A stretch of 64,000 bases of DNA from Oscillospiraceae bacterium (GTDB taxonomy: Bacteria > Bacillota > Clostridia > Oscillospirales > Oscillospiraceae): positions 5,251 to 69,250 of the forward strand of contig JAFSRZ010000005.1 in the NCBI GenBank assembly GCA_017445875.1, read 5' to 3'. Of this stretch, positions 39,549 to 48,976 are shown in pieces. Position 1 is the first letter of the stretch. Each line of letters starts with the position of its first letter. The notes under the pieces were generated by a model. It did not search any database. It was not told the origin of the DNA and worked only from the letters and a program-made list of their open reading frames with translations. Position numbers and translations under genes: made by a program.

Positions 39549-41195
39549 ATGTTTCGTAAACAGGGTTCCACTGGTTCGCCCTGTGAGGCGCTTGTCGTCT
39601 GGCGGGCTCCGGGTTTCTGGCGGAAACTTGGTTTCCGCGCCGGGGACTTTGGGCGGAAACTCGCTTCCGGTGCCGGAAAGCGCTGGCGCGGACTTGTTTC
39701 CCACGTCGGGAACTTCCGGCGGGGAGTCGCAAACACGGGCGCGGCGGCGCGGGAACTCGCCGTATCCGCGCCCCGGAACTTGGGCGCGTTGTTGCTGGAC
39801 GTGTTCCGCGGACTGTCACGCCCCGCCACTCTCGGACGTGTCGCCATAGATATGCTGATACTGGCCTGTGTCAGTCTCTGTCTGGCCTGCTTCTGCGCCA
39901 TGAAGGAGGGCGGCATGGACTTGTACATGACTTCCTGTCTGCCGTTTCTGGGCGTGTTACTGGTTTTCGTGGTGGTCACGGAAAGTCTGCGGAGTTCGCG
40001 GGTGTTCCTGTTTACGGTCTGTGTGCTGATTCTGACCGGGACGGCACTGCAAACGCTTCTGAAACTCCCCGCGCCCGCCAACGTGACGCCCAGCAATACG
40101 GGACTGGTACTCTACGCCGTGGTTTCGGTCGTGTTCGGACTTCTGGCGCTTCCGGCGCTGACGGCACTGGTGCGGGCGCGTGACAGAAACTTTTCGATTC
40201 ACGTACTCAATGTCGTGGTGTTTCTGCTGTACGCGGCGCTTCTGGTATTCGGCAGACGTGTCAACGGGACACGGGCTTGGATTTACGTAGGCTCGATGAG
40301 CTTCCAACTGACGGAGGTCACGAAATTTCTGACGCTGGTTCTGTTCGGGCTGGAGTTCACGAACCCGGATGACACACAGGAAAAACGTTTACGCCGGGGC
40401 GCGTTCACGCTCCTGATGAACGCCGGATTTCTGCTGATTGTCAACGAGTTCGGGGCGCTGTGCGTGATACTGGCTGGATTTGTGCTGACGGCGTTTTTCT
40501 ACACGCCCTCTGTCTGGCGGGTATTTCGGACGATGTTTCTGCTTGCGGCGCTTCTGGCGGGCATGCTGTTTGGCTGTCTGACCTGCTACAACATGCGGGA
40601 GGCGTCCCGCGAACGCGACCCCGAAGCGGCGATTCATCCGGCGGTCGAACAGGGCGCGAGAATTTACGCCAAGTTCAAACTCCGCGCCGACATCATCCTG
40701 CACCCGGAGAGCGTCGACAAAAACGACGGCGGTTTCCAGTCCACGCGGGCGAAAAACGCCATTCTGCTTTCAAGCTGGCTCGGCTCGGCCTATGAAGTCT
40801 ATATTCCCGTCGTGGAATCGGATTACATTTTCGACTATCTGCTACTGCGGATGGGAGTAGTATTCGGGATACTGGTACTGCTTCTGATGTTGTTACTGTT
40901 CCTGAACGCGGCGCTGTCGTGTCTGCGGAACCCGGACAGCACCGAAGGCGCGGTTGGTGTGGCGCTGGCGTTCTCGATTTCGTTCCAATCCATTCTGGCG
41001 GCGGCGAGCGCTATGGGACAGTTCATGACGGTGGGCGTACCGTTCGCGTTTCTGGCCTACGGCGGCAGTTCGACACTGGTCAATTATACGATGGTTCTGT
41101 ATATTCTCTACGCAATGCGGCGGGCGTCGGGTTGCGAAACGCGGCGGGTGTCCGGCACGGGCGGACGCCGGACAGTCAGGAGGCGGACAGTATGA
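39549..41195 (+). CDS. SEDS family (FtsW/RodA/SpoVE) peptidoglycan glycosyltransferase
   Basis: NGTRAWI..SFQLTEVTK, ESDYIF (conserved Asp), GVPFAFLAYGGSS; many TMs; basic N-terminal extension. Confidence 0.88.
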   Translation: MFRKQGSTGSPCEALVVWRAPGFWRKLGFRAGDFGRKLASGAGKRWRGLVSHVGNFRRGVANTGAAARELAVSAPRNLGALLLDVFRGLSRPATLGRVAIDMLILACVSLCLACFCAMKEGGMDLYMTSCLPFLGVLLVFVVVTESLRSSRVFLFTVCVLILTGTALQTLLKLPAPANVTPSNTGLVLYAVVSVVFGLLALPALTALVRARDRNFSIHVLNVVVFLLYAALLVFGRRVNGTRAWIYVGSMSFQLTEVTKFLTLVLFGLEFTNPDDTQEKRLRRGAFTLLMNAGFLLIVNEFGALCVILAGFVLTAFFYTPSVWRVFRTMFLLAALLAGMLFGCLTCYNMREASRERDPEAAIHPAVEQGARIYAKFKLRADIILHPESVDKNDGGFQSTRAKNAILLSSWLGSAYEVYIPVVESDYIFDYLLLRMGVVFGILVLLLMLLLFLNAALSCLRNPDSTEGAVGVALAFSISFQSILAAASAMGQFMTVGVPFAFLAYGGSSTLVNYTMVLYILYAMRRASGCETRRVSGTGGRRTVRRRTV

Positions 41196-42580
41196 ACAGA
41201 AAATCCAACGTTACATTTCACGCGGTACGGGTGTCGGCGGTGTCGGCGGTGAGTGTGTTTCTGGTGTTCCTGATGATTTACAATCTCGTCATGGCGTCCG
41301 GGCTGATTCCGGGCGCGGACGAGGCGGTAGACACCCGCACGGAACAACTCAAAAACATTTCCGAGCGTCAGACTTCCGTCGAGGGACAGTTTCTTGACCG
41401 GGACGGGAATCCGATTACCGAACCGGGCGCGGCGGGAAAGCCGGCGCGGCTTGTGTACGACGCGGCCTACTCGTATCTGATTGGATACAATTCGGGTGTC
41501 TACGGCACCAGCGGACTGCGGAGCAGACTGTACCGGGAACTCTTTTTCGGCGGGGCGGACAGGGTCGGCGCGTCCGTGAAGCTGACAACCAAGAACGACT
41601 TACAAGACTTCTGCTACCGTCAGGTGTTGGGGGAACACGAGGGTTCCGTGACTGTCCTTGACACGCGTACCGGCGAAGTGCTGGCCTGCACGTCGCGGAG
41701 CAGTGCGTCGGTGGAGTTCAGCGCCAACGAGATTGACACGCGTTTCGGGGAATATCAGAATTACGACGCGTTTTTCCTGAACCGGGCGACACTGAATCAG
41801 GACCCGCCCGGCTCGACATTCAAGATTGTCATGTCCGCGTCCATGCTCGAAAACGGAATGGGCGATTACACCTACGACGACAACGACGGGGAATTTACCG
41901 TGGGAAACGCCCATATTCACAACTACAACGGCGCGGTATACGGCAAGGGCGTCAGCATGGAAACCGCGCTGAATAAATCGGTAAACGTCTACTTTTCCGC
42001 CGCCGCGCTGAAACTTACCTCCGGGGCGCTGGAAAACACCGCCGCACGCTTCCAAATCGGACAGCGCGTGCCGCTGGACTTCGCAACGCTGGAATCTAAC
42101 TTCGACTTGGGTGACTTGGGCAATGAATCCCTGTTGGCGCTGACGGCGTTCGGACAGGGACAGACAACAGTTTCCCCACTGCAAATCGCCACGATTATGG
42201 GCGCGGTCATGAACCGGGGCGTCATGATGAAACCGTTTGTCGTGCAGACGCTCACGGACAACGGGCTGACATCGACGTATTCCAGCCCGGAAATGCTGTC
42301 ACGGGCGTTATCGGGCGACGCCGCCGCCACGCTCAAAGGCTACTTGCACTCGACGGCGGTCGGGTACGGCTTCACGGAAGAGGATTACGGCATGGTCTAC
42401 GCCAAAACGGGTACCGCTGACCAGTCTAACGGGCGGAATCACCTGTATCTGCTTCTGGGACTGGAAACAAAGGACGGTCACTCCTACGCCGCGCTGATTG
42501 ACTGGCGCAACTGTTCGGGGTCGTCCGCCGCGCTGAAACCGTCCGCCGCGAATCTGTTGCGTTACCTGTCGAACATGTGA
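41192..42580 (+). CDS. Class B penicillin-binding transpeptidase (PbpA-like)
   Basis: N-terminal TM; PGSTFK (SxxK), SVN (SxN), AKTGTA (KTG); ATGA overlap with the SEDS gene. Confidence 0.92.
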   Translation: MNRKSNVTFHAVRVSAVSAVSVFLVFLMIYNLVMASGLIPGADEAVDTRTEQLKNISERQTSVEGQFLDRDGNPITEPGAAGKPARLVYDAAYSYLIGYNSGVYGTSGLRSRLYRELFFGGADRVGASVKLTTKNDLQDFCYRQVLGEHEGSVTVLDTRTGEVLACTSRSSASVEFSANEIDTRFGEYQNYDAFFLNRATLNQDPPGSTFKIVMSASMLENGMGDYTYDDNDGEFTVGNAHIHNYNGAVYGKGVSMETALNKSVNVYFSAAALKLTSGALENTAARFQIGQRVPLDFATLESNFDLGDLGNESLLALTAFGQGQTTVSPLQIATIMGAVMNRGVMMKPFVVQTLTDNGLTSTYSSPEMLSRALSGDAAATLKGYLHSTAVGYGFTEEDYGMVYAKTGTADQSNGRNHLYLLLGLETKDGHSYAALIDWRNCSGSSAALKPSAANLLRYLSNM

Positions 42581-42630
42581 CCCGGCGGGGCTTGAGATTG
42601 GAACATTGTGGAATCAGGAGGGAACTTGAC

Positions 42631-43392
42631 ATGACCTGCTCTTACACCGCGGCGACTTCCAAAGGCGGTCGCCGCGAAAATCAGGACAACATCCGCGTGG
42701 ACACAATCGCACGCGTCGACACCCGGCGCGACACCGCCCGGAACGGCACATTTTCCGACAAAGACACGCACTTGTTTTGCGTCTGCGACGGAATCGGCGG
42801 CGAATACGCGGGCGTTGTCGCCTCGGCGACGGCGCTGGACGCCGTAAACGAAGTCCTGCACGCCGCAAGCCCCGGCGCGCCGCTGGAACAGTTAGCGCTC
42901 GACGCCGCGCAGGCCGCACAGGAAAACGTGCTACGCTATTATGAAAACTCGCGCCGTCCGGGGGGTACTACTATCTCCATGGCGCTTATCCGCGGGGCGG
43001 ATTACGTGTTCCTGAACATCGGCGACAGTCCCGCGTTCCACTACTGCGCCGGAGACGGAATTTGTGCCGAAATCAGCGTCCGGCACAATCTCGCGGCCCG
43101 CAAGCGGGCGCGGGGCATGACGGTCTGTCCCGGCGACGCCAGTTATCTGACGGCCTATCTGGGCGACCCCCGCAGGAGTGCCGCGCAAATGGCGCACACG
43201 GTCACGGGGCGACTGTCCCCCGGTGACACGCTTTTACTGTGTTCCGACGGCGTTACCAACGCGTACGACTTCCAAACCCTCGCCGAAGCGATGGCAGACG
43301 GCGTATCCGCCCGCGAAATGGTGTCCTGCGCCGCCGCGCAGCCCGATTCCGACAACTGTTCCGCCATACACCTGCTCTTTGAGGATTTCTGA
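42631..43392 (+). CDS. PP2C family Ser/Thr phosphatase
   Basis: GRRENQD, VCDGIGG, NIGDS, LLCSDGV, DNCS. Confidence 0.92.
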   Translation: MTCSYTAATSKGGRRENQDNIRVDTIARVDTRRDTARNGTFSDKDTHLFCVCDGIGGEYAGVVASATALDAVNEVLHAASPGAPLEQLALDAAQAAQENVLRYYENSRRPGGTTISMALIRGADYVFLNIGDSPAFHYCAGDGICAEISVRHNLAARKRARGMTVCPGDASYLTAYLGDPRRSAAQMAHTVTGRLSPGDTLLLCSDGVTNAYDFQTLAEAMADGVSAREMVSCAAAQPDSDNCSAIHLLFEDF

Positions 43393-43409
43393 CAAAGGAG
43401 GCATTTGTC

Positions 43410-43697
43410 ATGAGGCGCACAACATTGAGAAATGTCCGGGTATTCGCCACAAACCGGGATAACAGGGACGGCTTCAACATCTACCTTGACTTTTCGGGAC
43501 AGCGGGAATTTCTGTTCACGCACCGCCACAACGGACTTTTGTACAATCTGCTCAAAGACGGCGTACGCACGGAGGACTTGCGCCGCTGGACACCCCGACG
43601 CGGTACGGCAAGCGGTCAGCGTCTGCAAGGGATGGTTTCTCATCTGCTGACGGTCGTGGACGACTACGCCGCCGAACGGGAGGGCGGCTTTCTGTGA
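43410..43697 (+). CDS. Hypothetical protein (95 aa)
   Basis: Strong SD AAGGAGG and operonic position; no family recognised. Confidence 0.6.
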   Translation: MRRTTLRNVRVFATNRDNRDGFNIYLDFSGQREFLFTHRHNGLLYNLLKDGVRTEDLRRWTPRRGTASGQRLQGMVSHLLTVVDDYAAEREGGFL

Positions 43698-43719
43698 ATC
43701 GAAAATTTTTTTGAAAGCG

Positions 43720-43748
43720 TTTACTTTTCTTGTCGGAAATAGTATAAT
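43720..43748 (+). promoter_or_regulatory. Internal sigma-A type promoter for the HTH-PP2C-kinase-vWA unit
   Basis: TTTACT-17bp-TATAAT in an AT-rich gap. Confidence 0.7.
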
Positions 43749-43802
43749 CAACGTGAAGATTGGAAACAACACGCCGTCTATGACGAAAGGGGTTGCGAGG
43801 AT

Positions 43803-45002
43803 ATGGCGGAACGTAAAACCAAAATCCTGATGGATGAAATCGAGCGGTGCGACAATCCGGAAGACTACAATCAGCTTGTCGACGAACACAGCGCGTTATA
43901 TGTCGGGTGGGGGGAGCATATCTGTTCCCTGTTGTACGAGCGCGGGAAAACGGTCAAGGATATCATGCGGGGCTGCGGGATTTCCAAGAGCGGTGCCGAA
44001 CAGTTTTTACGCGTGATTCCCACGAAACGGGATAATGTCATCATGACAGCCATGATACTCGGACTGGATTTGGACGAGACCAACGAACTGTTGACGCGCT
44101 GGGCGAAGTTCCAGAAGCTCTACGCCAAAAACCCCCTTGACGCCATCTGGATTTATCTCATTGAGCGGGGCGGCGCGGAGGCCGCGACGAATCCCGCCGA
44201 ACTCTTTGAGGCTTACAAGACCCGTTACAACAGACTGCACAAGGCCTATCTCAAAGAACACGGCTATACACCGGATGATGAGATTCCAGATACGAGAATT
44301 GCCTTTGACATCATTGAGGAGGCCGTCGCCAAGAGTTCCGCCAATTCCGCCGCACGGGACCAGAATTTCACGCGCTTCATGAAACAGCTTCTTCCCGCGT
44401 TCGACGCCGGATATCAGAAACTCATCGACTACATTGAATCCCTGTTCCGCAACATCGAAAAGGAGGACGACGAAGCGTTAGGTATCGTAATCGAGAAAGA
44501 CCCGGAGCGTGACGGCAAAATCAGAAGTGTCAGCCCGAATGAGGCCTTTGACGGTTACGGAAGCTGGAAAACCGCCTATTTCCGCAGAATCCAGAAGTTG
44601 AAAAAGGAACGGGAAGTCCCGGAACGGGTGTTCCTGATTGCCTTGGGATTTCACATGAGACAGACCTTGGAGGAAATCAACCACCTTTTGGAGCTTGCCG
44701 GCATGGCACCGCTCTGCGCAAGAGACCATTTAGAGGGCGCGATTGCGTTTCATCTGGGATATCTGTACCGGGGGCTTCCCGACGAGTTCCCCGCCGCCTA
44801 TCTGCCGGAACTCTACCGGCAAAACGAGACGGCGGAGGAAGTCACCCCGCCCAGCAGTCTGAGGGAATATCTGGACGAGGACGGATTTCTCCCGGAGGGA
44901 TTACGGGGTTATTTCCGCCTTCAGTTGGAGGAAATGGACATCTCCGACCACGACGGGAAGAAAGCCGCCAAAAAGCTGTGGAAGTGGCTGGGCTTGACGT
45001 AA
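43803..45002 (+). CDS. Putative DNA-binding protein with duplicated XRE-like helical module
   Basis: HTH-like TVKDIMRGCGISKS; two copies of P.R...I.....L.E.N.LL.....L.A[KR]. Confidence 0.6.
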   Translation: MAERKTKILMDEIERCDNPEDYNQLVDEHSALYVGWGEHICSLLYERGKTVKDIMRGCGISKSGAEQFLRVIPTKRDNVIMTAMILGLDLDETNELLTRWAKFQKLYAKNPLDAIWIYLIERGGAEAATNPAELFEAYKTRYNRLHKAYLKEHGYTPDDEIPDTRIAFDIIEEAVAKSSANSAARDQNFTRFMKQLLPAFDAGYQKLIDYIESLFRNIEKEDDEALGIVIEKDPERDGKIRSVSPNEAFDGYGSWKTAYFRRIQKLKKEREVPERVFLIALGFHMRQTLEEINHLLELAGMAPLCARDHLEGAIAFHLGYLYRGLPDEFPAAYLPELYRQNETAEEVTPPSSLREYLDEDGFLPEGLRGYFRLQLEEMDISDHDGKKAAKKLWKWLGLT

Positions 45003-45019
45003 AGCGAGGTAAACAGAGT

Positions 45020-45847
45020 ATGAATATTATCCCATATCTGGGGCGCGGAATCGGACACGAGCGGGCGGGCGTACCGTGTCAGGACGCGGTATGCTGGCGC
45101 GTGTGCGCGGACGGGAAAGCGGTCATGGCGCTGTCGGACGGAGCCGGGTCGGCGGAATTTGCCAAGGAGGCCGCCGAACTCACCGCGCAAAGCGTCGTAG
45201 ACTTTTTCGTGTCTGCGCCGCTGTCGGACTTTCTGACACGGGAGGAGGCCGGACAGAAAGCGGACATTTTACGCGCTGTCCGGGAGGCCTTGGAGCGTCA
45301 CCCGTCATATCAGCCCGAAAACGCGGGACAGTTTTCCGCCACGCTGTTATTTACCGTCGCGGAAGGGGAAAGCGTCCTGTTCGGACACCTTGGTGACGGT
45401 GCCGCGTACGCCGAGAACGACGCCGGGGAATTAGTCTACGAATCGGAACCCGAAAAGCGCGGGGAAGGCGGTACTTATTTCGGGGTCAGCCCGGAGGCAC
45501 CGCGACATTTACGCTTAACAGTACGCGACGCCGGGGAGATTGCCGGGGCGGTACTGCTCAGCGACGGCCCGTATACGATGTTCCGCAACCGGGGCGGCGG
45601 CGCGGCGCGTGAGACCGCCCGCGAACTGATGGATTACGCACGGGAAAACCAGTTGACGCGGCGGTCACACCTGCGCGACGCGCTCAGCCAGATGGCGGAG
45701 TATCCCGGCGAACGCCTTGACGACTGGTCGGTGTTACTGTTGACCCGGAATCAGGACGCCGGGGCGGACGCGTCCGAACTGGAAACGGTGTCCATGCTGG
45801 ACGAGGAAACCGAAAAGTATCAGCCGGGAGGGGATGACCATGTTTAA
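45020..45847 (+). CDS. PP2C-like phosphatase of TerY-P triad type
   Basis: GHERAGVPCQD, ALSDGAGSA, ATLL, HLGDG, LLSDG, DDWS. Confidence 0.88.
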   Translation: MNIIPYLGRGIGHERAGVPCQDAVCWRVCADGKAVMALSDGAGSAEFAKEAAELTAQSVVDFFVSAPLSDFLTREEAGQKADILRAVREALERHPSYQPENAGQFSATLLFTVAEGESVLFGHLGDGAAYAENDAGELVYESEPEKRGEGGTYFGVSPEAPRHLRLTVRDAGEIAGAVLLSDGPYTMFRNRGGGAARETARELMDYARENQLTRRSHLRDALSQMAEYPGERLDDWSVLLLTRNQDAGADASELETVSMLDEETEKYQPGGDDHV

Positions 45848-47360
45848 TTTACCGGACGGCGTCGACCTGCGCGAACTTGTCGGCGCGTGTCTGCAAAAGC
45901 GAAATCCGGCGTTGCGTCTGGGCGCGAAAATCAACGGGGGCGGCACGTCCGTTGTATACCACATCGAGGGCGCGGACACGCCGCAAACATTGAAAGTCAT
46001 GTACACGGACTTGCACGGCTATGAAAACTCCGTGGGCATGTGCAAGCGCTTCTATGAATACTTCACTAACGAAGTCAAGATTATGCGGGAACTCAGCGAC
46101 CCGCACATTATGCCCGTGCTGGACAGTTTCGCGTATGTCGTCACGGATATGGGGATTCAGGCGGCGACGGAACATATTCTCAAGCATAACAAGTATCACG
46201 CTTTTGTATTCGTGATAATGCCGGAGTGCCAGTCGCTGACGGACTACCACAAAAAGCACCCCATGACGGAACAAAACATGATACAAATGACAGTGGATAT
46301 CTGTCAGGCGCTTCAAAAGTGCCACAATCACAAAATTCTGCACCGGGATGTCAAGCCGGACAACATTTTCCTGCCGCTGGATGGCCCGGAACATTTCATC
46401 TTGGGGGATTTCGGCTTCTGCCGGAGAATGGAACACAATATCATTCCCCGCTATACAGCAATCGGCACGGAAGGCTTTACCGCGCCGGAAATCCTGCGAG
46501 GCAAAACAATTCCAAAGGGGCAGTATAATTCCGACCTGTACGCACTCGCCGCCACGATACACTATCTGATTACGGGAAATCCGTATCATGGCTACTATGA
46601 CAGGAAACTGGCCTTGAAGAAAATTTCTCCCGCGTTCTGCCACATTATTTACGAAAAGTCCCTGCCGAAAGAACCCGGAGACCGCTATCAGGACGCCGCC
46701 GAAATGCTGAAAGATTTACGTCCCCTGCACGGTTCCGGGCGTTCGGTGTCCCGGAACCCGTGGTTCCTGCAAGCGAAACGGGAAATGTTGGCGAACCACT
46801 ACCAACAGGCCATTCAAACCGCGCTGGACGGCATGGAAAACTCCCCCGACAAACAGGGCGTCATGGACTGTCAGCGCCTCTTGGCCTACTGTCAGTACCA
46901 CGAGAACCCCAAAAACCCTGATGTGGCGCATACGCTGGAAATGCTCGCCGCACAGGGGGACGATATCGCCCGTTATCTGCGCGCCATGATGGATATCCGC
47001 GACGGAAGCGACCGGAAAATAAAAAGCGGCTTCCAAAATCTCCGGCTTTCGGCGGAGGCGGGCTGTGTGCTGGCGCAGTATTATTACGGTCACTTTCTGT
47101 TCGGCAACTATCACGAACTGCCCGCCGGGACATATTCCGGCACCAATCCGCAACAGGACGGGCTCCGCTTCCTGTTGCAAGCCGTCGGGACAGGTTTCCC
47201 GCCCGCCGCCGCGTATCTCCAAAAGGTACGCACGCAGATGAAACTTTCCCCGGAACTCGCGGACTTCCTGAACCGTCAACTGGAAGATTCCCCGCACTTG
47301 AAAGACTTTCTTGCTGAGTTCCCGTCCGACAGGCGGAAATTCATCATTGACCTGCTGTAA
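45840..47360 (+). CDS. Cytoplasmic Hanks-type Ser/Thr kinase with C-terminal TPR/Sel1-like repeats
   Basis: GGGTSVVY, LKVM, HRDVKPDN, DFG, GTEGFTAPE, SDLYAL; no TM seen. Confidence 0.92.
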   Translation: MFNLPDGVDLRELVGACLQKRNPALRLGAKINGGGTSVVYHIEGADTPQTLKVMYTDLHGYENSVGMCKRFYEYFTNEVKIMRELSDPHIMPVLDSFAYVVTDMGIQAATEHILKHNKYHAFVFVIMPECQSLTDYHKKHPMTEQNMIQMTVDICQALQKCHNHKILHRDVKPDNIFLPLDGPEHFILGDFGFCRRMEHNIIPRYTAIGTEGFTAPEILRGKTIPKGQYNSDLYALAATIHYLITGNPYHGYYDRKLALKKISPAFCHIIYEKSLPKEPGDRYQDAAEMLKDLRPLHGSGRSVSRNPWFLQAKREMLANHYQQAIQTALDGMENSPDKQGVMDCQRLLAYCQYHENPKNPDVAHTLEMLAAQGDDIARYLRAMMDIRDGSDRKIKSGFQNLRLSAEAGCVLAQYYYGHFLFGNYHELPAGTYSGTNPQQDGLRFLLQAVGTGFPPAAAYLQKVRTQMKLSPELADFLNRQLEDSPHLKDFLAEFPSDRRKFIIDLL

Positions 47361-47472
47361 CGCAGATATTTTCCACGCGGATATTTTCTGACCTGCTGTA
47401 ACGCAGATATTTTCCGACTTGCTGTAACACGGGACATTTTCTGACCCGCTGTAACGCCTGACACTTTCTGAC
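47349..47472 (+). repeat. 26-27 bp tandem repeat spanning the kinase stop codon
   Basis: GACCTGCTGTAACGCAGATATTTTCC-like units at 47349, 47390, 47416, 47443. Confidence 0.85.
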
Positions 47473-47489
47473 GAAAGGATGGTCTCTCT

Positions 47490-48905
47490 GTGATTCGCAA
47501 CGCGCTGAACGGATGGCGCATTGTCCGCGGGGAAAGCGCGGAACATGCCGTGTTGGTACTCCATACGAGTTGTCTGAACTATGACCTCGGCGAACTCAAA
47601 CGGCTTGACGGGCTTCCCTTCCCGTGGATTCTCCCGGATAATGTCTACTGGGAACTGGTCTGCATGCGGGATTCCCCGTACTTCCGCGAACGGGCGGAAT
47701 TTCTGCTCCGCAAGGCCAGCCGCGCCACATGGAATCTGGAACAGTTCTATGAAAAATGTGCCGAACCCGTTGACCCCGCCGACATTTTACTGATACGCCC
47801 TCTGCCGCCGATGGTGTTTCTGTTCGGCGACCTGCTCAAACAGGACGAATTTCTACATCATGTCCGCCCGGCGGACAATCTGTACATCGTCCTGCGTTCC
47901 GCGTGGGACGCCGCCGACGACACGTTGAAAATCAACGTCTGCGCGCTCTCCAAAGCAAAACAATTCCGCATGTGCAAGCCGATTCCCACCGGACAGCGTA
48001 CGCAAATTGGCAAACTCTCCGCGCTGAAACTCTGGACGGACGCGTACTGTCGCGGTCGCGCCGTTCACGGCTACGGACTGCGCCCCACAAACATGGACGG
48101 TGCCTATGCTAATATCTACACCGACGACAACAACTTCCCCGGACAACTTGTCAAGTGCTACAAGGCCGTCGCCTATAAAGACGCGCACTTGGAACGGCTC
48201 CAGCGTCTGCGCGACGCCGGGCAAAGTCCGCCCGTGCGGGGACTGCCGCTGGCCATGCCGCTGGAACTGCTCTATTGTCCGCAAGGCTGCGCGGGCTACA
48301 CTATGCGCCGCTGTCGCGGCGAACTTCTGCGGGTGTTCGTGCGCGAGACCGGGCGCGACTGGGACAGTCACGACCTCGTGCAAATCTTTCGGAACCTGTT
48401 CCGAATCCTGCTCGAACTCCATACCGCCCACATCCTTGTAAATGACCTGTCCTATAACAATGTCCTCATCGACGCCGCCGACGGCGTCAGTCTCGTGGAC
48501 TGTGACAGCTTCCAGATTCGGGACTACCCCGGCGGCAGTGTCACGCCCTTCTACTGTCACCCGGAAATCGAAATCGACGACTGCTACAACGTCCTGCGCG
48601 AACCCCGGCACGAATATTTCGCGCTGGCGGTTCTGTTGTGGCAATGTTTATTTCTGTCCGAAAACCCGCTGACGCAGGTGCGGGACGGCAACGACGAACG
48701 CTCCCCCGACTGGCACTCCATGCGTTTCCCGCTGGATGTACACGGCGTCCGCCGCGACGCCCTCGGCGTCGAAGGAAACATTTTAGACATTTGGAGGGAC
48801 AACCCCGAACCCGTACGCAAAGCCTTTGCCGACGCTTTCCACTTCCGGCAGGATATCAGTATAGGCGCGTGGATACGCACACTCGGACTTTACGAACCGT
48901 ATTAA
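47490..48905 (+). CDS. YegI/TerY-P-type protein kinase with N-terminal PIN-like region
   Basis: LVKCY, LAMPLELL, ILVNDLSYNNVLI, LVDCDSFQI, HPE, FALAVLL; N-terminal VLHTS..ILPDNVYWEL resembles a degenerate PIN. Confidence 0.8.
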   Translation: MIRNALNGWRIVRGESAEHAVLVLHTSCLNYDLGELKRLDGLPFPWILPDNVYWELVCMRDSPYFRERAEFLLRKASRATWNLEQFYEKCAEPVDPADILLIRPLPPMVFLFGDLLKQDEFLHHVRPADNLYIVLRSAWDAADDTLKINVCALSKAKQFRMCKPIPTGQRTQIGKLSALKLWTDAYCRGRAVHGYGLRPTNMDGAYANIYTDDNNFPGQLVKCYKAVAYKDAHLERLQRLRDAGQSPPVRGLPLAMPLELLYCPQGCAGYTMRRCRGELLRVFVRETGRDWDSHDLVQIFRNLFRILLELHTAHILVNDLSYNNVLIDAADGVSLVDCDSFQIRDYPGGSVTPFYCHPEIEIDDCYNVLREPRHEYFALAVLLWQCLFLSENPLTQVRDGNDERSPDWHSMRFPLDVHGVRRDALGVEGNILDIWRDNPEPVRKAFADAFHFRQDISIGAWIRTLGLYEPY

Positions 48906-48964
48906 GTCCACCGGGACTTTATGAACCGTATCAAGCCGACTGGGACTTTATGAACCGTATCAAG
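48885..48964 (+). repeat. 29-bp tandem repeat spanning the kinase stop and vWA RBS
   Basis: GGACTTTA(C/T)GAACCGTAT(T/C)AAG units at 48885, 48914, 48943. Confidence 0.88.
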
Positions 48965-48976
48965 GAGGACAGACAC

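Noticed and set aside
48638-48976. Upstream extension of the vWA ORF as its true N-terminus
   Set aside because: It overlaps the kinase in another frame, and a strong SD precedes ATG 48977; similar ORF-track extensions of hfq, mutL, PBP and folT were trimmed for the same reason
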